Source: Macrostomum lignano
Taxonomy: Eukaryota
DNA length: 64,000 nt
Reading direction: 5' to 3'
Assembly: GCA_002269645.1 (NCBI GenBank)
Contig: NIVC01001381.1
Coordinates: 62,001-126,000, forward strand
Shown: positions 62,123 to 64,000 of the stretch, in pieces
Numbering within the stretch: position 1 is the first letter of the stretch
How the letters are laid out: every line of letters starts with the position of its first letter
Made by a program: the position numbers and the translations under genes
Notes under the pieces: model-generated
What the model was told of the DNA's origin: nothing
The model's database searches: none
Seen by the model: only the letters and a program-made list of their open reading frames with translations

Positions 62123-64000
62123 CTTGAGTGTTGGGAACAAGATTAAGAGGCTAATAGTTAATTTGAGCATTCTCATTGGATAGATATCCAAATAAAGGTA
62201 ACTGAAAATAATTCTCTCACCAGCGATAGAGGAAGAGGCTTTGCAGCAGAACTAATGCTTGGCTTGGTCAGCGAGTGCAACTTTGCTGTTGATGGAAGCA
62301 GAGATGGCAATGCATATATACTAGGAAATTTTAAATTTCATAATAAACCAGACTATTCTAAAGAGAGATTTAGGGCCCAACAGTTTGGGATATTTTTAGC
62401 CAATCCTACAAAACAGCCAATGCTTTAGTGTTGCGTGGTTGCAAAATTGTAAGTAATAATAATAATATCTTACTTGACTGCATTTGTGGCTGGCATTTTG
62501 ACAAGGCAGACATAACTAGCTTTGTTGAGTTGTTGTCAGCGCCAATCACTGGCTTTGGTTTTGAAGCATCCTTTCTAATTGAAGACACCTGCAGCTCTGT
62601 GGCCTGATTAGACTTAAAAGTGTCATGGCTTTGGGTTGTTGTAGGAGCCAGAAATTGGAAAACTGGATGCAATTCAGGCATGGTTGTGGAATAACATTTG
62701 CATGCAAATATTTTGGACACTTGCTATGAGCTTATAATATTATAGGCCAACTAATTATATTTGTTAATTATTAATGCTATTAAGTTACTTAGTTGCATGG
62801 GGGTTGCAGCTTGGCATACTTGGCTTAAAGCAAAATTGTTACATAGCTAGCAAGGAATTCCAAATTAGTCCTCTACTTGTTCTTCTATATTGGTATTATA
62901 TTCAGATTATTTCAAATATACTCAACATTTATTATCAACAACATTGAAAGTCATTGTAAAAATTATTCAACATACACAGTTATTATAAGTTATATAGATA
63001 ATCCAGCCAAAAAAATATATTATTTATGTTTTTTTGATTTTACCTAACTTTTCACTTAAGTCATATTGTCTAAAATGCAAGGCATTATTTAAAAGTGAGG
63101 TAGTTATTTAATTCCTAATTATTTTTATTTCTCTTGGATAAAGCACCCATTAATAAATGATTAAGAATTCTTTACAGCAATTTTTTACTATTGACAACTT
63201 ATAATATATTTGAATGATTGATCATTCTTCTATTATTGTTTGATTATATTTAAAAATAGTTTAATAATATGGGTAAATAACAATTCATAAAATTGGGAGA
63301 CATTTTTTTAAGTTAAAAATAATGATTTAATAGCCTATGGCAATGACTCAATAAGAAAGTTGCAAGTGTATAAGAATATAATAAGATCCCTTAAACAAAG
63401 TTTGTCCCAAAAAACTATATAGTTGTGATTATATTACTCTAGGTAAAAACAATTTAAAAACTTGAATATTGAAAAAAAATCGTCTATGGGTGCTGATTTG
63501 CAGAAAATGTAGCAATATTAATAGGCCTATAACGTACTTGCGAACAATGTCATTATGTCAATAAAGATACTTAAATAAAACAGTGAAGCAACAAGGCATT
63601 TAAAGATACTAAACTTAAAAAAATGAATTAGGAAGAACCATAGGATCTAGAGTGGACTAAAAATAAGTTGTAATAACGCGAAAGCAGTTCTTTGCATTAA
63701 GGAAGAAGTAAGAACCGAGGAAAGGAACCAATCCTGGTTAGAAAAAAGGATTATGAAATCATGCCCTCAATAACAATAGCAGCCAATGTATACACTTTTT
63801 GCTTCCTAACTAAAATTAAAGTTTTTTTAAATGAATATTGCATATATTTTTTCGCCCGTAACCTGTTATTTCCAGAGAGAAACTGGTATATCTACACAAG
63901 TGACTAATCAAAACGCAATCTGAAACTTATAGATCCTCGCCGGGATATCCTGGAAATTGGACATTTCAAATTTTTAGATGAAATATTTTTATACCCAATG

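Noticed and set aside
62406-62720. ORF as PARP4 exon 1
   Set aside because: Its donor at 62474 is phase 1 in this frame but the next candidate exon (62221-62320) needs phase 2, so the 5' structure is left unresolved.

Overview
Eukaryotic (metazoan-looking, flatworm-like style; taxon not provable here) genomic DNA. Most genes are on the minus strand and most long introns hold their own minisatellite. Left to right: (1) a single-exon secreted C-type lectin + PAN/apple gene (969-1712), with a diverged partial duplicate of its 5' region; (2) an orphan SAYSD1-like exon; (3) a ~19-kb NWD-type gene (DUF4062-like N-terminus, NACHT, WD40, C-terminal DPY-30-like motif) carrying an in-frame TGA and split within a coding exon by a 9,000-bp head-to-tail Helitron-like array inserted at an A|T site; (4) an internally deleted BEL/Pao LTR element and a Tc1/mariner-type MITE; (5) an SLC16/MCT-like MFS transporter with a partial tandem duplicate that would encode only its N-terminal half; (6) a ~22-kb vault PARP (PARP4) gene with 29 traced exons (BRCT, PARP, VIT, vWA, C-terminal MVP-binding-like domain). 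The most striking feature is in PARP4: between the vWA region and the final domain lie frame-preserving cassette exons encoding a ubiquitin-like domain ending LRLRGG, the actin N-terminus with an intact D-loop, three acidic motifs resembling the ribosomal P-stalk tail, and a further exon with an Hsp70 substrate-binding fragment. This may be an integrated bait/decoy region. Exon models were derived by hand from GT-AG sites and phase matching and are not validated by transcripts; domain calls are from motif recognition, not database searches.
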